Positions 18,008-28,867 of a stretch of DNA of 64,000 bases are shown one piece after another. The DNA lies in assembly GCA_965203965.1 (NCBI GenBank), contig CBDBDR010000017.1, positions 64,001 to 128,000 on the forward strand, written 5' to 3'. The notes under the pieces are model-generated. The model ran no database searches. It saw only the letters and a program-made list of their open reading frames with translations, and was not told where the DNA came from. Within the stretch, counting starts at the first letter, position 1; each line of letters starts with the position of its first letter. This stretch comes from Thermodesulfobacteriota bacterium. Lineage in GTDB: Bacteria; Desulfobacterota_D; UBA1144; Nemesobacterales; JAJCZQ01. Position numbers and translations under genes: made by a program.

Positions 18008-19839
18008 TGTGTGGAATTGTGGGTTATATTGGTAATCCTGAACGCACTGTTGATGTTTTGTTTAATGGTCTCAGAGCACTTGAGTACAGAGGTTATGACT
18101 CTTCGGGTATATGTGTCCTAAATGAAGGTGGCAGGACAGTTGTAAAAAGTGAAGGCAATCTTGATAAATTAAAAGTCAAGTTGAGAGGTAGATCAATGTG
18201 CGGGGCAGCAGGGATTGGTCATACCCGGTGGGCAACTCACGGCAAACCAACTGAAAAAAACGCACACCCACAAGTATTTAGAAATATAAGTGTTGTTCAC
18301 AACGGTATAATCGAAAACTTTATTGAGATTAGAGGCAAACTGGAATCAAAAGGGCACAATTTTTACTCCGACACAGATACGGAAGTAATTGCCCATCTGG
18401 TTCAATATTTCATTGAGCTTGGCAACTCATTTGAAGAGTCCGTTAGAAAAGCATTTTCAAAACTTGAAGGTTCATGTGCTGCGGCAATAGTTTTTGATAA
18501 AGAACCTGAAAAAATAATTGCGGTCAGGAATTTTTCACCCCTTATAATTGCACAAAACAAAGATGAGAAATTTATAGCCTCGGACGTCCCAGCGATCTTA
18601 TCTCATTCAAAAAATATAATATTTCTAGAAGATGGAGACATTGCAGTTATTACTCCTGATTACATAGAAATCACTGATGTAAAAGGAAAAAAAATAAAAA
18701 GAAATTCCAAGTCTATTGACTGGGATCCTGTGTCGGTTGAAAAAGATGGATACAGGCACTTTATGCTAAAAGAGATAAATGAACAGCCAAGGGCATTGCT
18801 GGACACTATGAGAGGCAGATTTAATAAGATGCAGACCTCAATAAATTTTAAGGAACTAAAAGCGCTTGAGTTCGGTAAAATTTCAAAGGCATTGATACTC
18901 GGATGTGGCACCTCTTATCATGCCTCGCTCATCGGGAAATATATTATTGAGTCGCTTGCACGTTTGCCGGTGGAAGTTGATCTGGCATCTGAATTTCGCT
19001 ACAGAGATAATCTTGTTGATAAAAGCACTCTTGTTATAGCAGTTTCGCAATCGGGAGAAACGGCTGACACGTCAGAGGCTTTGCTATTTGCAAAGGAATC
19101 GGGTGCTGAAACTATGGGGATAACAAATGTTGCAATAAGCAAAATATCAAGAGAGTCTCATTATTCAATTCATACAAAGGCGGGACCTGAAATAGGAGTG
19201 GCTTCTACCAAGGCTTTCACAACTCAGGTTATCAGTTTATACATGTTGGCAATCTTCCTCGGCATTGAAAGGGGGTATATTAAAAAGAAAAAAGCTGAGC
19301 GGTTGATCGTAGAAGCTATATCAATTCCCAACATGCAGCAGTTGGCTTTGAATTTGAGCAGTGAGATAAGAACTATAGCAACGGAGTTTTACGGCTATAA
19401 GAACTTCATATACCTCGGCCGGGGAGTTAACTACCCAGTGGCACTTGAAGGTGCCCTTAAGCTGAAAGAAATCTCTTATATTCACGCTGAGGGTTATGCT
19501 GCAGGTGAAATGAAGCACGGCCCAATTGCATTAATTGACGAGAATATGCCTGTTGTTGTAATTGCACCCAAATATGAAACATGTTTTCAAAAAATTCTCG
19601 GAAATTTGCAGGAAATAAAAGCAAGAGGAGGCAAGATTATAGTTGTTACTTCAGAGGCAAAATTAGTTGATCTGGTTGATAAAGACGACAGAATTGTGAT
19701 GATACCGGAATGCAGCGAGCTTTTGTCGCCTTTAATTACAGTTATACCATTGCAGTTTCTTGCCTATCACATCGCCAATATACTGGGGACTGATATTGAC
19801 CAGCCGCGTAATCTTGCCAAAGTTGTAACGGTGGAATAA
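18007..19839 (+). CDS. glmS: Glutamine--fructose-6-phosphate transaminase
   Basis: MCGIVG, EYRGYDS, HTRWATHG, SQSGETAD, PRNLAKVVTVE. Confidence 0.97.
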   Translation: MCGIVGYIGNPERTVDVLFNGLRALEYRGYDSSGICVLNEGGRTVVKSEGNLDKLKVKLRGRSMCGAAGIGHTRWATHGKPTEKNAHPQVFRNISVVHNGIIENFIEIRGKLESKGHNFYSDTDTEVIAHLVQYFIELGNSFEESVRKAFSKLEGSCAAAIVFDKEPEKIIAVRNFSPLIIAQNKDEKFIASDVPAILSHSKNIIFLEDGDIAVITPDYIEITDVKGKKIKRNSKSIDWDPVSVEKDGYRHFMLKEINEQPRALLDTMRGRFNKMQTSINFKELKALEFGKISKALILGCGTSYHASLIGKYIIESLARLPVEVDLASEFRYRDNLVDKSTLVIAVSQSGETADTSEALLFAKESGAETMGITNVAISKISRESHYSIHTKAGPEIGVASTKAFTTQVISLYMLAIFLGIERGYIKKKKAERLIVEAISIPNMQQLALNLSSEIRTIATEFYGYKNFIYLGRGVNYPVALEGALKLKEISYIHAEGYAAGEMKHGPIALIDENMPVVVIAPKYETCFQKILGNLQEIKARGGKIIVVTSEAKLVDLVDKDDRIVMIPECSELLSPLITVIPLQFLAYHIANILGTDIDQPRNLAKVVTVE

Positions 19840-19913
19840 TCCCTTGATAAATTGTTCATGATTAACTGTTTAATCGTGTTTAAAAAATTCAGATTTAACG
19901 GATAATGTAACTA

Positions 19914-21203
19914 GTGAAAATTCTCGTTATAGGCAGCGGCGGTAGAGAGCATTCTTTGTGCTGGAAAATTAGGCAAAGTCCTTTGGTGAAGGAGTTGTTT
20001 TGTGCACCGGGGAGCTATGGAATCAGCAAAGAGGCGAGGTGTGTGGATATTCCTGTAACGGAAGTTGAAAATCTTCTGGGATTTGCAAAAAAAAACAATA
20101 TTGATCTGACGGTAGTTGGTCCCGAGTTGCCACTAACTCTCGGAATAGTTGACGCTTTTGAAAAAGAGGATTTAAAGATTTTCGGACCATCGAAAGTTGC
20201 TTCCGAGCTTGAAGGAAGCAAGGTTTTTTCCAAGGATTTTATGAAAAGACATGCAATTCCAACTGCAGATCATAAAGCTTTTACAGATCACAGCACCGCA
20301 CTGGATTTTATCAGAACTATAAGCACTCCTTTTGTGGTGAAAGCGGACGGACTTGCAGCTGGCAAGGGGGTAATTGTATGTAACAGTATTCAGGAAGGTG
20401 AAAAAGCTATAGGTTCGATAATGTTAGAGAGAAAATTTGGAGATGCAGGTGGTAGTATTGTAATAGAAGAATTTTTAGAGGGTCAGGAAGTATCCATATT
20501 TGTGATCACTGATGGTGAGAGATATCTGTTGCTTGAACCTTCTCAAGATCACAAACCCGTATATGACAATGATGAAGGACCAAATACAGGTGGAATGGGC
20601 GCATACTGTCCCGCACCTATTGTTACAAGAGAACTGCTTGAAACTGTAATATCTAAGATTGTTGAACGGACTTTGTCAGGACTCAATTCTGAAGGCAGAA
20701 GATATAAAGGCGTCCTTTATACAGGCTTGATGATTAATGGTGATGATGTAAGAGTGCTTGAATATAATTGCAGGTTCGGTGATCCAGAGGCACAACCTCT
20801 TCTCTTTAAGATGGATAACGATATTGTTCCGATCATGGTTGAAGCAGCAGAAGGTAAACTTGGTAAGCACAGAAGGATTGAATACAAGGAGGGTGTTGCC
20901 ATTTGCGTGGTAATGGCATCAAGAGGTTACCCCGGCAATTATGAAAAAGGGTTGGAACTAAAGAAAATAACCTTGCTTAACAATAGGGAAGACGTTGCTG
21001 TTTTCCATGCAGGCACTAAGTTTTGTAACCGTAGAATAGTTACAAATGGTGGTAGAGTAATAGGGATAACATGTATGGGCGATAATGTTGAAGATGCTAT
21101 AGAAAAGGTTTACGAGAGAATCAGAATCATAGATGATGGGGTTTTGCATTACAGGACAGACATTGGAGATAAAGCAAAAAGTAATTTAACTCTTGTAAAA
21201 TAG
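19914..21203 (+). CDS. purD: Phosphoribosylamine--glycine ligase
   Basis: GSGGREH, KADGLAAGKGV, GPNTGGMGAY, EYNCRFGDPE. Confidence 0.97.
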   Translation: MKILVIGSGGREHSLCWKIRQSPLVKELFCAPGSYGISKEARCVDIPVTEVENLLGFAKKNNIDLTVVGPELPLTLGIVDAFEKEDLKIFGPSKVASELEGSKVFSKDFMKRHAIPTADHKAFTDHSTALDFIRTISTPFVVKADGLAAGKGVIVCNSIQEGEKAIGSIMLERKFGDAGGSIVIEEFLEGQEVSIFVITDGERYLLLEPSQDHKPVYDNDEGPNTGGMGAYCPAPIVTRELLETVISKIVERTLSGLNSEGRRYKGVLYTGLMINGDDVRVLEYNCRFGDPEAQPLLFKMDNDIVPIMVEAAEGKLGKHRRIEYKEGVAICVVMASRGYPGNYEKGLELKKITLLNNREDVAVFHAGTKFCNRRIVTNGGRVIGITCMGDNVEDAIEKVYERIRIIDDGVLHYRTDIGDKAKSNLTLVK

Positions 21204-21225
21204 GTTATATATTTTGCAATAATTA

Positions 21226-21255
21226 TTGACAATACTCGTATTATTGGGATACAAT
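21226..21255 (+). promoter_or_regulatory. Putative sigma70 promoter for rpsL-rpsG-fusA
   Basis: TTGACA (21226-21231), 18-nt spacer, TACAAT (21250-21255), about 50 nt upstream of rpsL. Confidence 0.65.
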
Positions 21256-21306
21256 TAAAAGTTTAATTTTTTAAAGAGATTATCATCTTAAGGAGATTAT
21301 CAATAG

Positions 21307-21678
21307 ATGCCAACAATAAGTCAACTTGTTAAAGATGGCAGAAGAGTTACAAAGAAAAAGAGTAAATCCCCTGCGCTTCAGAATTGTCCTCAGAGAAGAG
21401 GTGTATGCGTGAGGGTTTATACAACTACTCCTAAAAAACCGAATTCTGCTCTGAGAAAAGTGGCAAGAGTTCGGCTTACAAACGGTATAGAAGTTACCGG
21501 TTACATTCCTGGTGAAGGGCATTCACTTCAGGAGCACTCGGTGGTATTAATAAGGGGTGGCAGGGTGAAGGATCTGCCGGGGGTTAGGTATCATATTGTA
21601 AGAGGGACTTTGGATTCTACAGGGGTTGACAACAGGCGGAAAAGTCGCTCCAAGTATGGCACCAAGAAACCTAAATAA
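21307..21678 (+). CDS. rpsL: 30S ribosomal protein S12
   Basis: [25 protein letters not shown]. Confidence 0.99.
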   Translation: MPTISQLVKDGRRVTKKKSKSPALQNCPQRRGVCVRVYTTTPKKPNSALRKVARVRLTNGIEVTGYIPGEGHSLQEHSVVLIRGGRVKDLPGVRYHIVRGTLDSTGVDNRRKSRSKYGTKKPK

Positions 21679-22167
<489 letters not shown>

Positions 22168-22196
22168 TTAGTAAGCTGGAGGATTATTGAAAATTA

Positions 22197-24281
22197 ATGT
22201 CGGAAAAAAATATACCAATAAGCAAAGTTAGAAATATTGGAATTGTTGCTCATATTGACGCAGGCAAGACTACAACTACTGAAAGAATCCTTTACTACAC
22301 GGGGCTTACCTACAAAATTGGTGAAGTTCACGAAGGAACTGCAACTATGGATTGGATGGATCAGGAAAGAGAGCGTGGCATTACGATTACGTCAGCAACT
22401 ACTACCTGTTTCTGGAACGATCACAGAATAAATATTATTGATACACCGGGACACGTTGATTTTACTATTGAAGTTGAAAGATCCTTAAAAGTTCTTGACG
22501 GTTCAGTGGTTGTTTTTGATTGTGTAGGAGGAGTTGAACCTCAGACTGAAACCGTTTGGAGACAGGCAGATAGGTATAAAGTGCCAAGAATGTGTTTTAT
22601 AAATAAGATGGACCGGGTTGGCGCTGATTTTTACAAGGTTGTAACCCAGATTAAAGACAGATTGGATTGCAGACCGCTTTGTTTGCAAATCCCATGGTTT
22701 GAGGGAGATGAGTTTAAGGGAATTATTGATCTTATTAGGATGAAAATGGCGATATGGGACAGTGAGTCTCTAGGAGCTACATATAGGTTTGTTGATATTC
22801 CGGGCGATGTTGAAGATCAGGCAAAGTCCTACAGGGAAGAAATAGTTGAAATTGTTTCCGACCATGATGAAGAAATAATGGAACTGTATTTAGATGGCAA
22901 GAATGTACCAGAAGAGAAAATTATAGACGCTATAAGAAAGCAAACGATAGACTTAAAAATAGTTCCCATACTATGCGGATCGGCTTTCAAAAATAAAGGT
23001 GTTCAATTACTCCTAAATGCGGTTGTTGATTTTATGCCCGCACCATTGGATCTTCCTCCAGTTAAGGGTTTAACTCCAGATTCAGAGCAGGAGGACACAA
23101 GGCTACCCGATGTAAAAGAACCGTTTTCCGCTTTAGCTTTTAAGATCATGACGGATCCTTTTGTTGGACAACTAACGTATTTAAGAATTTACTCCGGAAA
23201 ATTAAGTTCGGGCACTACGGTTTACAATTCATCAAAGCAGAGAAAGGAAAAGATCGGAAGATTGTTAAGAATGCACGCCGATAAAAGAGAGGAAATAAAA
23301 GAGAATGTTGCTGGAGGAATTGTGGCAGCAGTAGGGTTAAAGAATACAATGACCGGTGATACCTTGTGCGATGAATCAAAACCCATAGTTTTGGAGAGTC
23401 TTCATATTGCAGAACCGGTAATATCCATTGCGATCGAGCCAAAATCCAAAGCTGATCAGGAAAAGTTGGGCTTAGCTTTGAACAAATTAGCATTGGAAGA
23501 TCCCTCATTTAAGATAAGATTTGATGAAGAGACAAGCCAGACGCTGATCTCAGGAATGGGGGAATTGCATCTTGAAATTATTGTGGACAGATTAAATAGG
23601 GAATTTAACGTTGATGCCAACGTAGGCAAACCTCAAGTAGCATACAGAGAATCCATTACCCAGAATTCAAATGTTGAGAATAAATTTATAAGGCAGACGG
23701 GTGGTAGAGGTCAGTATGGTCACGTTAAGATCAGAGTGGAGCCGTTAGAAAGAGGAGAGGGCTTTAAGTTCATAGATGAAATTAAAGGTGGGGTAATTCC
23801 AAGGGAGTATATCCCCGCGGTTGAGAAGGGTATCTTGGAAGTTATGAAAACCGGAGTTGTATCTGGCTATCCCGTTGTAGATGTATCTGTTACTCTGTAT
23901 GATGGATCTTTCCATGAAGTGGATTCTTCAGAGATAGCCTTTAAAGTTGCCGGTTCACAAGCTTTCAAGGAGGCTGTTTTAAAATCAAAGCCCATTATTT
24001 TAGAGCCGATTATGAGCCTTGAAGCAGTGGTACCAGAAAACTTTATGGGAACAGTCATAGGCGACTTAAATTCTCGAAGAGGACGTATAAACAACACGGA
24101 ATCGCGTGGTAAGATGCAGGCAATAAAAGGAGAATCACCTCTGGGTGAGATGTTTGGTTATGCTACAAATTTGAGATCTATGACGGAGGGGCGAGGATTA
24201 TTTACAATGGAATTTTCACACTATGCACCACTTCCAGAAAGCATTTCTCAAGAGTTAAAGGAAGATGCAAAAGCAGTATAA
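22197..24281 (+). CDS. fusA: Elongation factor G
   Basis: [39 protein letters not shown]. Confidence 0.99.
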   Translation: MSEKNIPISKVRNIGIVAHIDAGKTTTTERILYYTGLTYKIGEVHEGTATMDWMDQERERGITITSATTTCFWNDHRINIIDTPGHVDFTIEVERSLKVLDGSVVVFDCVGGVEPQTETVWRQADRYKVPRMCFINKMDRVGADFYKVVTQIKDRLDCRPLCLQIPWFEGDEFKGIIDLIRMKMAIWDSESLGATYRFVDIPGDVEDQAKSYREEIVEIVSDHDEEIMELYLDGKNVPEEKIIDAIRKQTIDLKIVPILCGSAFKNKGVQLLLNAVVDFMPAPLDLPPVKGLTPDSEQEDTRLPDVKEPFSALAFKIMTDPFVGQLTYLRIYSGKLSSGTTVYNSSKQRKEKIGRLLRMHADKREEIKENVAGGIVAAVGLKNTMTGDTLCDESKPIVLESLHIAEPVISIAIEPKSKADQEKLGLALNKLALEDPSFKIRFDEETSQTLISGMGELHLEIIVDRLNREFNVDANVGKPQVAYRESITQNSNVENKFIRQTGGRGQYGHVKIRVEPLERGEGFKFIDEIKGGVIPREYIPAVEKGILEVMKTGVVSGYPVVDVSVTLYDGSFHEVDSSEIAFKVAGSQAFKEAVLKSKPIILEPIMSLEAVVPENFMGTVIGDLNSRRGRINNTESRGKMQAIKGESPLGEMFGYATNLRSMTEGRGLFTMEFSHYAPLPESISQELKEDAKAV

Positions 24282-24406
24282 ATTATTTTTGCACCGTGGT
24301 TTACAAACTATCTGGTAGTAAGATTCCTCCAAAATTATTGATAATGTTTCTTATTTCTTATTATCTGATATTTTCATTGTAATTTCCTATTTTGGTACAA
24401 TTCAGC

Positions 24407-24765
24407 CTAGTATTCTTTTGCCGATTTAATCTCTTGTAATTTCTTTTTTGCTATTTGTTTAGCGGGATTAATCTGACTTGAGGCAAGTTTTTAAAGCCAA
24501 ATCGCGTATTTCTTTTCCTTTCTTATCTACATTTGCCGTTGCCAAAGAAAGCCAGATATATGCTTCTTGCAAATCTTGAATAGCCCCATGGCCATTATAT
24601 GACCCCAAGATTATATTGCGCACCAGCAACTCCTTGTTCGGCTACTCTTTTATATACAGAATGCCTGCTGGTAATTTTCTTCAAACGCAGTCATCTTCAT
24701 ACCTGCCGACCCATTAATGTCACTGCTATCAACAAAGAAATCAGTGTGCATATTTCTATGTTGTT
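24407..24765 (-). pseudogene. Frameshifted Sel1-repeat secreted protein remnant
   Basis: Minus-strand fragments in different frames: ICTLISLLIAVTLMG (signal-like); YKRVAEQGVAGAQYNLGVI*; NGHGAIQDLQEAYIWLSLATAN...RDLALK; LASSQINPAKQIAKKKLQEIKSAKEY*. 5' limit approximate. Confidence 0.8.
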
Positions 24766-24889
24766 ATACAAATTATACGCGAGCACAAATGTCGGAGCAT
24801 ATAGGTATGTTGCCATTTTAGACTGGAAATGCTTTTAGGAAATTATTAATGAATAGCTTTAGTCTCCAAATTATATAAATTATCGTCTA

Positions 24890-27118
24890 GTGAATCTTGC
24901 CAAAAAATATCTTGCCTCGCTGGTTATTGTTTTTTTATTCTCAATAACCTTATCATTTTTCCCTGTTATTGGAGTTTTGGGATATGAATATTCGTCTCTT
25001 TCCGCGTTGTTACTGTCATTTATTTCTGTCTTTATAAGCGTGGAGGTAGTGAATAATTCTTATTATAAAAGGGTTTTTAATGCAAATACAAATGAGTTTG
25101 TGGCAAGTTCTATTTTGGTTAATTTTTCATTCTTATTTGTCAATTTCATTGTTGGGCTGATAAGTTCGTTTTATAAGAGAGATTGTAGTATTGAATCAGG
25201 AATTGCGTTTTATCTACTAATCACCTTAATCACTGTTTTCTTCTCAACTTCTATTGGAGTATTAACTGGCATTTTATTTAAAAGGAGAGGTTTTATAATT
25301 GGCTCAGCAGTTTTGTTCTTCATAATAATATATTCCCTTTGGTCATTCTACAGCCAGTTTCACATTTTTTTCTATAATGCAATAATTGGTTATTTCCCCG
25401 GTTCTCTGTATGACAAGAGTATTTCAATAACACAGTCACTTATCATATACAGAGGAATTATCTTACTGTGGTCTCTTTTAATTTTTACCATGGTTTTAAT
25501 CATCAAATCATTGATTAAAGGAAGATTGAATGTTTTTCTTGCATTTGCTTTTCTGTTTATGTTATCAGTGTTGACCTTTTCTTATTTCAAGCAGGAAGAA
25601 CTTGGATTTAGTTATACAAGAGAATATATAAAGAAAAGTTTTCTTTCAGGGACTCATGAGACTGAGCATTTTGTAATCCATTATGCTCCCGGGTCAATTG
25701 CAGCAGAAGAGATTGAGTTAATAGCCGATGATCATGAGTGGAGATATTTGGAAGTGAGTACTCATTTAAATGTAGATCTGAATAGCAAAGTTAACTCTTA
25801 CATATATCCGAATAAGGAATCAAGAAAGAAGTATTTTGGTTCTTTACAGGCGGCTTTTGCTAACCCTATTCATAAAGAGATGCATCAGGTTTATGGATCA
25901 TTTCCAATGCCCAGTTTAAGGCATGAGCTTGTGCATATAATATCTTCAGAATTTGGATCAGGACTGATAAAAGTCAGTCCTGAAAAGGGTCTGATAGAGG
26001 GAATAGCAGTTGCTGTTGACTGGCAAGCAAGTAAAACAAACAGGCATCAGAATGCAAAATTTTTACTGGAGAAAGAAAAGTTAAACAACAACCTGAAAGA
26101 TTTTCTTGGATTCAAGTTCTGGTATTACCCACAATCTGTAAGCTATACGTTAATGGGCTCTTATTGCAGGTATTTAATAGACAAATATGGTATTGAAGAA
26201 TTTAAAGAGTATTACAGGACAGGTTATACAAATGTGTATGGTCAAACGGTTGATCAGTTAATTGACGGATGGGTTAAATTTCTGCGAGATGATATAGAGT
26301 TTTCTGAAAATTCAAAGGAATTTCTGGAGCATAAATTTTCTGAAGAAAGCGTATTTGAAGATGCGTGTCCGAGGAAAACAGAGGAATTTATCCTCAAAGG
26401 TATCAAAAAATATAAAGGTAAAGATTTTGCAGGTGCTGCAGTTATTTTTAACAAAACCCATAGTTTAAACAATAATAATTCAAAAGTTAAAACACTCCTC
26501 GCGTATTCCTATTATTATAGTGAAGACTATGATGAGTTATTAAATATGGATACAACCCGGAAACTAACTGAGTTGGATAAAAATATCATTAACAACTTGA
26601 AGACCAATGCGATGTGGACGCAAAAGGGATACGATCACGCATACCCTTATTTTAAAGAGTTGATTGACAAAGCTTTAACCGATAGCACTAAAGAAGAGGT
26701 TGCCCTAAAGGTGGATCTGAGGCGATTTAAGGGGGATATCAAGAGATTGTTTAATGGGTATCTACTTGCAGATAATTATTTTGACAGGTTTGTAATTATG
26801 AAAGATATAAATGAAAAATACAGATCATACTTTCCTGCCTACTATATTTTGGGCAAAATGTATCTTGAACGGAGGGATTATGAAAGGGCAGCTAGCAATT
26901 TTGAGTTTGCAAATGCCAGAAGTGACAAGTTGCCATCGCCAGAAATTCGGCTTGAAAGTTTGAAGCTACTGGGTATATCCCAGTATTCTTCAGGAGATTA
27001 CTACGGAGCAATTAGAACTTTTACAAAACTCGCAAAACTTGACCCGGGGCGTTATAGAAATTACTCGCACAATTTTATAGAGAGATCAATGTGGGCTGTT
27101 AAAAATCACCAGGAGTGA
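24890..27118 (+). CDS. Polytopic membrane protein with gluzincin-type metallopeptidase domain and C-terminal TPR-like repeats
   Basis: About 7 N-terminal TM segments; ETEHFVIHY; LRHELVH...LIEGIAV; AYYILGKMY and LLGISQYSSGDYYGAI helical repeats. Confidence 0.75.
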   Translation: MNLAKKYLASLVIVFLFSITLSFFPVIGVLGYEYSSLSALLLSFISVFISVEVVNNSYYKRVFNANTNEFVASSILVNFSFLFVNFIVGLISSFYKRDCSIESGIAFYLLITLITVFFSTSIGVLTGILFKRRGFIIGSAVLFFIIIYSLWSFYSQFHIFFYNAIIGYFPGSLYDKSISITQSLIIYRGIILLWSLLIFTMVLIIKSLIKGRLNVFLAFAFLFMLSVLTFSYFKQEELGFSYTREYIKKSFLSGTHETEHFVIHYAPGSIAAEEIELIADDHEWRYLEVSTHLNVDLNSKVNSYIYPNKESRKKYFGSLQAAFANPIHKEMHQVYGSFPMPSLRHELVHIISSEFGSGLIKVSPEKGLIEGIAVAVDWQASKTNRHQNAKFLLEKEKLNNNLKDFLGFKFWYYPQSVSYTLMGSYCRYLIDKYGIEEFKEYYRTGYTNVYGQTVDQLIDGWVKFLRDDIEFSENSKEFLEHKFSEESVFEDACPRKTEEFILKGIKKYKGKDFAGAAVIFNKTHSLNNNNSKVKTLLAYSYYYSEDYDELLNMDTTRKLTELDKNIINNLKTNAMWTQKGYDHAYPYFKELIDKALTDSTKEEVALKVDLRRFKGDIKRLFNGYLLADNYFDRFVIMKDINEKYRSYFPAYYILGKMYLERRDYERAASNFEFANARSDKLPSPEIRLESLKLLGISQYSSGDYYGAIRTFTKLAKLDPGRYRNYSHNFIERSMWAVKNHQE

Positions 27119-27130
27119 TAAGTTCATTCT

Positions 27131-27640
27131 ATGAACAAATATGTATTAACTTCTCTAATCTGTATGATAATTGTCATCTTGGATCAGATTTCAAAGTATC
27201 TGGTGACGTTTTACATACCTCTTTATGGAAGTTTTGAAATTTTACCAATATTTGATTTGACCCATATACAAAACAGTGGTGTTGCGTTTGGAATGCTGCA
27301 AAATATTCCCCAGAAATTCAAACTACCACTCTTTGTAACTGTATTTGTTGTTGCAGTAATTGTGTTAATATCAATAATCAAAAATACCGACAGTAGCAAT
27401 AAGTCTATTATATTGGGGCTTTCATTGATATTGTCCGGGGCAGTGGGAAATTCACTTGACAGGTTTCGTCAGGGCTACGTGACTGATTTCATAGATTTTC
27501 ACTGGTTCAACAACCCCTCCCTTCACTGGCCTCCATTTAACATTGCTGACAGTGCAATTACTATCGGGGCGATAATTATCATAGCTAAAAGTGGTATGTT
27601 TTTTTCAAACCAAGAGAACAATGTTTACAGGGATAATTGA
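27131..27640 (+). CDS. lspA: Lipoprotein signal peptidase
   Basis: DQISK, NSGVAFG, GAVGNSLDR, VTDFID, FNIADSAI. Confidence 0.95.
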   Translation: MNKYVLTSLICMIIVILDQISKYLVTFYIPLYGSFEILPIFDLTHIQNSGVAFGMLQNIPQKFKLPLFVTVFVVAVIVLISIIKNTDSSNKSIILGLSLILSGAVGNSLDRFRQGYVTDFIDFHWFNNPSLHWPPFNIADSAITIGAIIIIAKSGMFFSNQENNVYRDN

Positions 27641-28220
27641 AGATATAGGCAGAGTAGATATTATACGGGAAAGCGTAAAAGAGAGTACATACACCATATC
27701 GGTGAATAAGCTCGATGCAAATGAGGTTAATATTGGTGATAGCATAGCGGTTAATGGAGTATGTCTTACGGTGGTATCACTTAATGGAAGCAGGTTTAAG
27801 GTTGATGCTTCACATGAGACTTTAAGTAGAACCAATTTGTCAAGTTTAAAAATCGGCAGCAAAGTGAATCTGGAAAGGTCACTTAAGGTGGCAGGTAGAT
27901 TCGGAGGACATATTGTAACTGGTCACATTGATGGCATGGCTGAAGTTGTAAAAGTAAGACCTGTGGGAAAATCAGTTGAGTTCTGGTTTGAATTGCCTGA
28001 TAAACTTAATAGATATATAGTGGAAAAAGGTTCTATTACCGTTGATGGTATCAGCCTAACAGTAAACGAAATGATCAACGGCAAGTTTTCTGTCAATATT
28101 ATTCCTTATACAAAAGTTGAAACCACAATATCTTCCCTTACTGTTGGAAATAAAGTCAACATAGAATGTGATATATTGGCTAAATATGTTGAGAAGTTGC
28201 TTAAAGCTAATTTAGGATAG
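27621..28220 (+). CDS. ribE: Riboflavin synthase
   Basis: MFTGII start at 27621, GDSIAVNGVCLT, GGHIVTGHID. Confidence 0.95.
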   Translation: MFTGIIEDIGRVDIIRESVKESTYTISVNKLDANEVNIGDSIAVNGVCLTVVSLNGSRFKVDASHETLSRTNLSSLKIGSKVNLERSLKVAGRFGGHIVTGHIDGMAEVVKVRPVGKSVEFWFELPDKLNRYIVEKGSITVDGISLTVNEMINGKFSVNIIPYTKVETTISSLTVGNKVNIECDILAKYVEKLLKANLG

Positions 28221-28235
28221 AGGTATATTTTCAAA

Positions 28236-28757
28236 TTGAGTAATTTTAATAAAATATACCTTTTGGGCTTTATGGGTTCAGGTAAAACTACCACTGGAGA
28301 GATTCTTGCACAGAAATTGGATTACTGTTTTGTTGACCTAGATGTGTTTGTGGAAAATAAATGTCAAAAATCCATTAAACAGATGTTTTCAGAAGGTGGT
28401 GAATTACTCTTCAGAAATATAGAGTCCGATTGTTTGGATAAGGTGTCCAATCTGAATGATAAATGTGTCATTTCAACTGGTGGAGGTGTTGTTCTTTCTC
28501 AGCTAAATTGGAAATTGATGAATAGCAGTGGGACAACATTTTACCTGAAAGTGGATATTGATACTGCCTGGAACAGAATAAAATCTAGTGAAGTCAGACC
28601 TTTACTTAACGTGGCAAATCCACTCGATGAGGCGAGAAAACTTTTTGCCGAGCGGATTACCCTCTATGAAAGATCAGACTTTACCGTTAATACTAATGGG
28701 TTTTCAGCAGATAAGGTTGCCGATGAAGTAGTTGATATTGTAAAAAAACATAGATGA
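28236..28757 (+). CDS. aroK: Shikimate kinase
   Basis: GFMGSGKTT, DLD, STGGG, RPLL. Confidence 0.94.
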   Translation: MSNFNKIYLLGFMGSGKTTTGEILAQKLDYCFVDLDVFVENKCQKSIKQMFSEGGELLFRNIESDCLDKVSNLNDKCVISTGGGVVLSQLNWKLMNSSGTTFYLKVDIDTAWNRIKSSEVRPLLNVANPLDEARKLFAERITLYERSDFTVNTNGFSADKVADEVVDIVKKHR

Positions 28758-28867
28758 AAAGTATTAATCATTTTGTGTTTAAATTGTTGCTTTTAATTAT
28801 TTATAATCCTTTACCTAATATTAAAAACATATATCTTACTTTAAGATTTTCATCAGGAGGGCACTCA

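Noticed and set aside
17950..18010. glmS ribozyme upstream of glmS
   Set aside because: The glmU stop and glmS start overlap, so there is no leader to hold it.
24599..24838. 79-aa plus-strand ORF
   Set aside because: It is antisense to the Sel1 pseudogene and has no recognisable features.
28754..28867. 38-aa N-terminal extension of the DegQ ORF
   Set aside because: A strong SD and a signal peptide point to ATG 28868.
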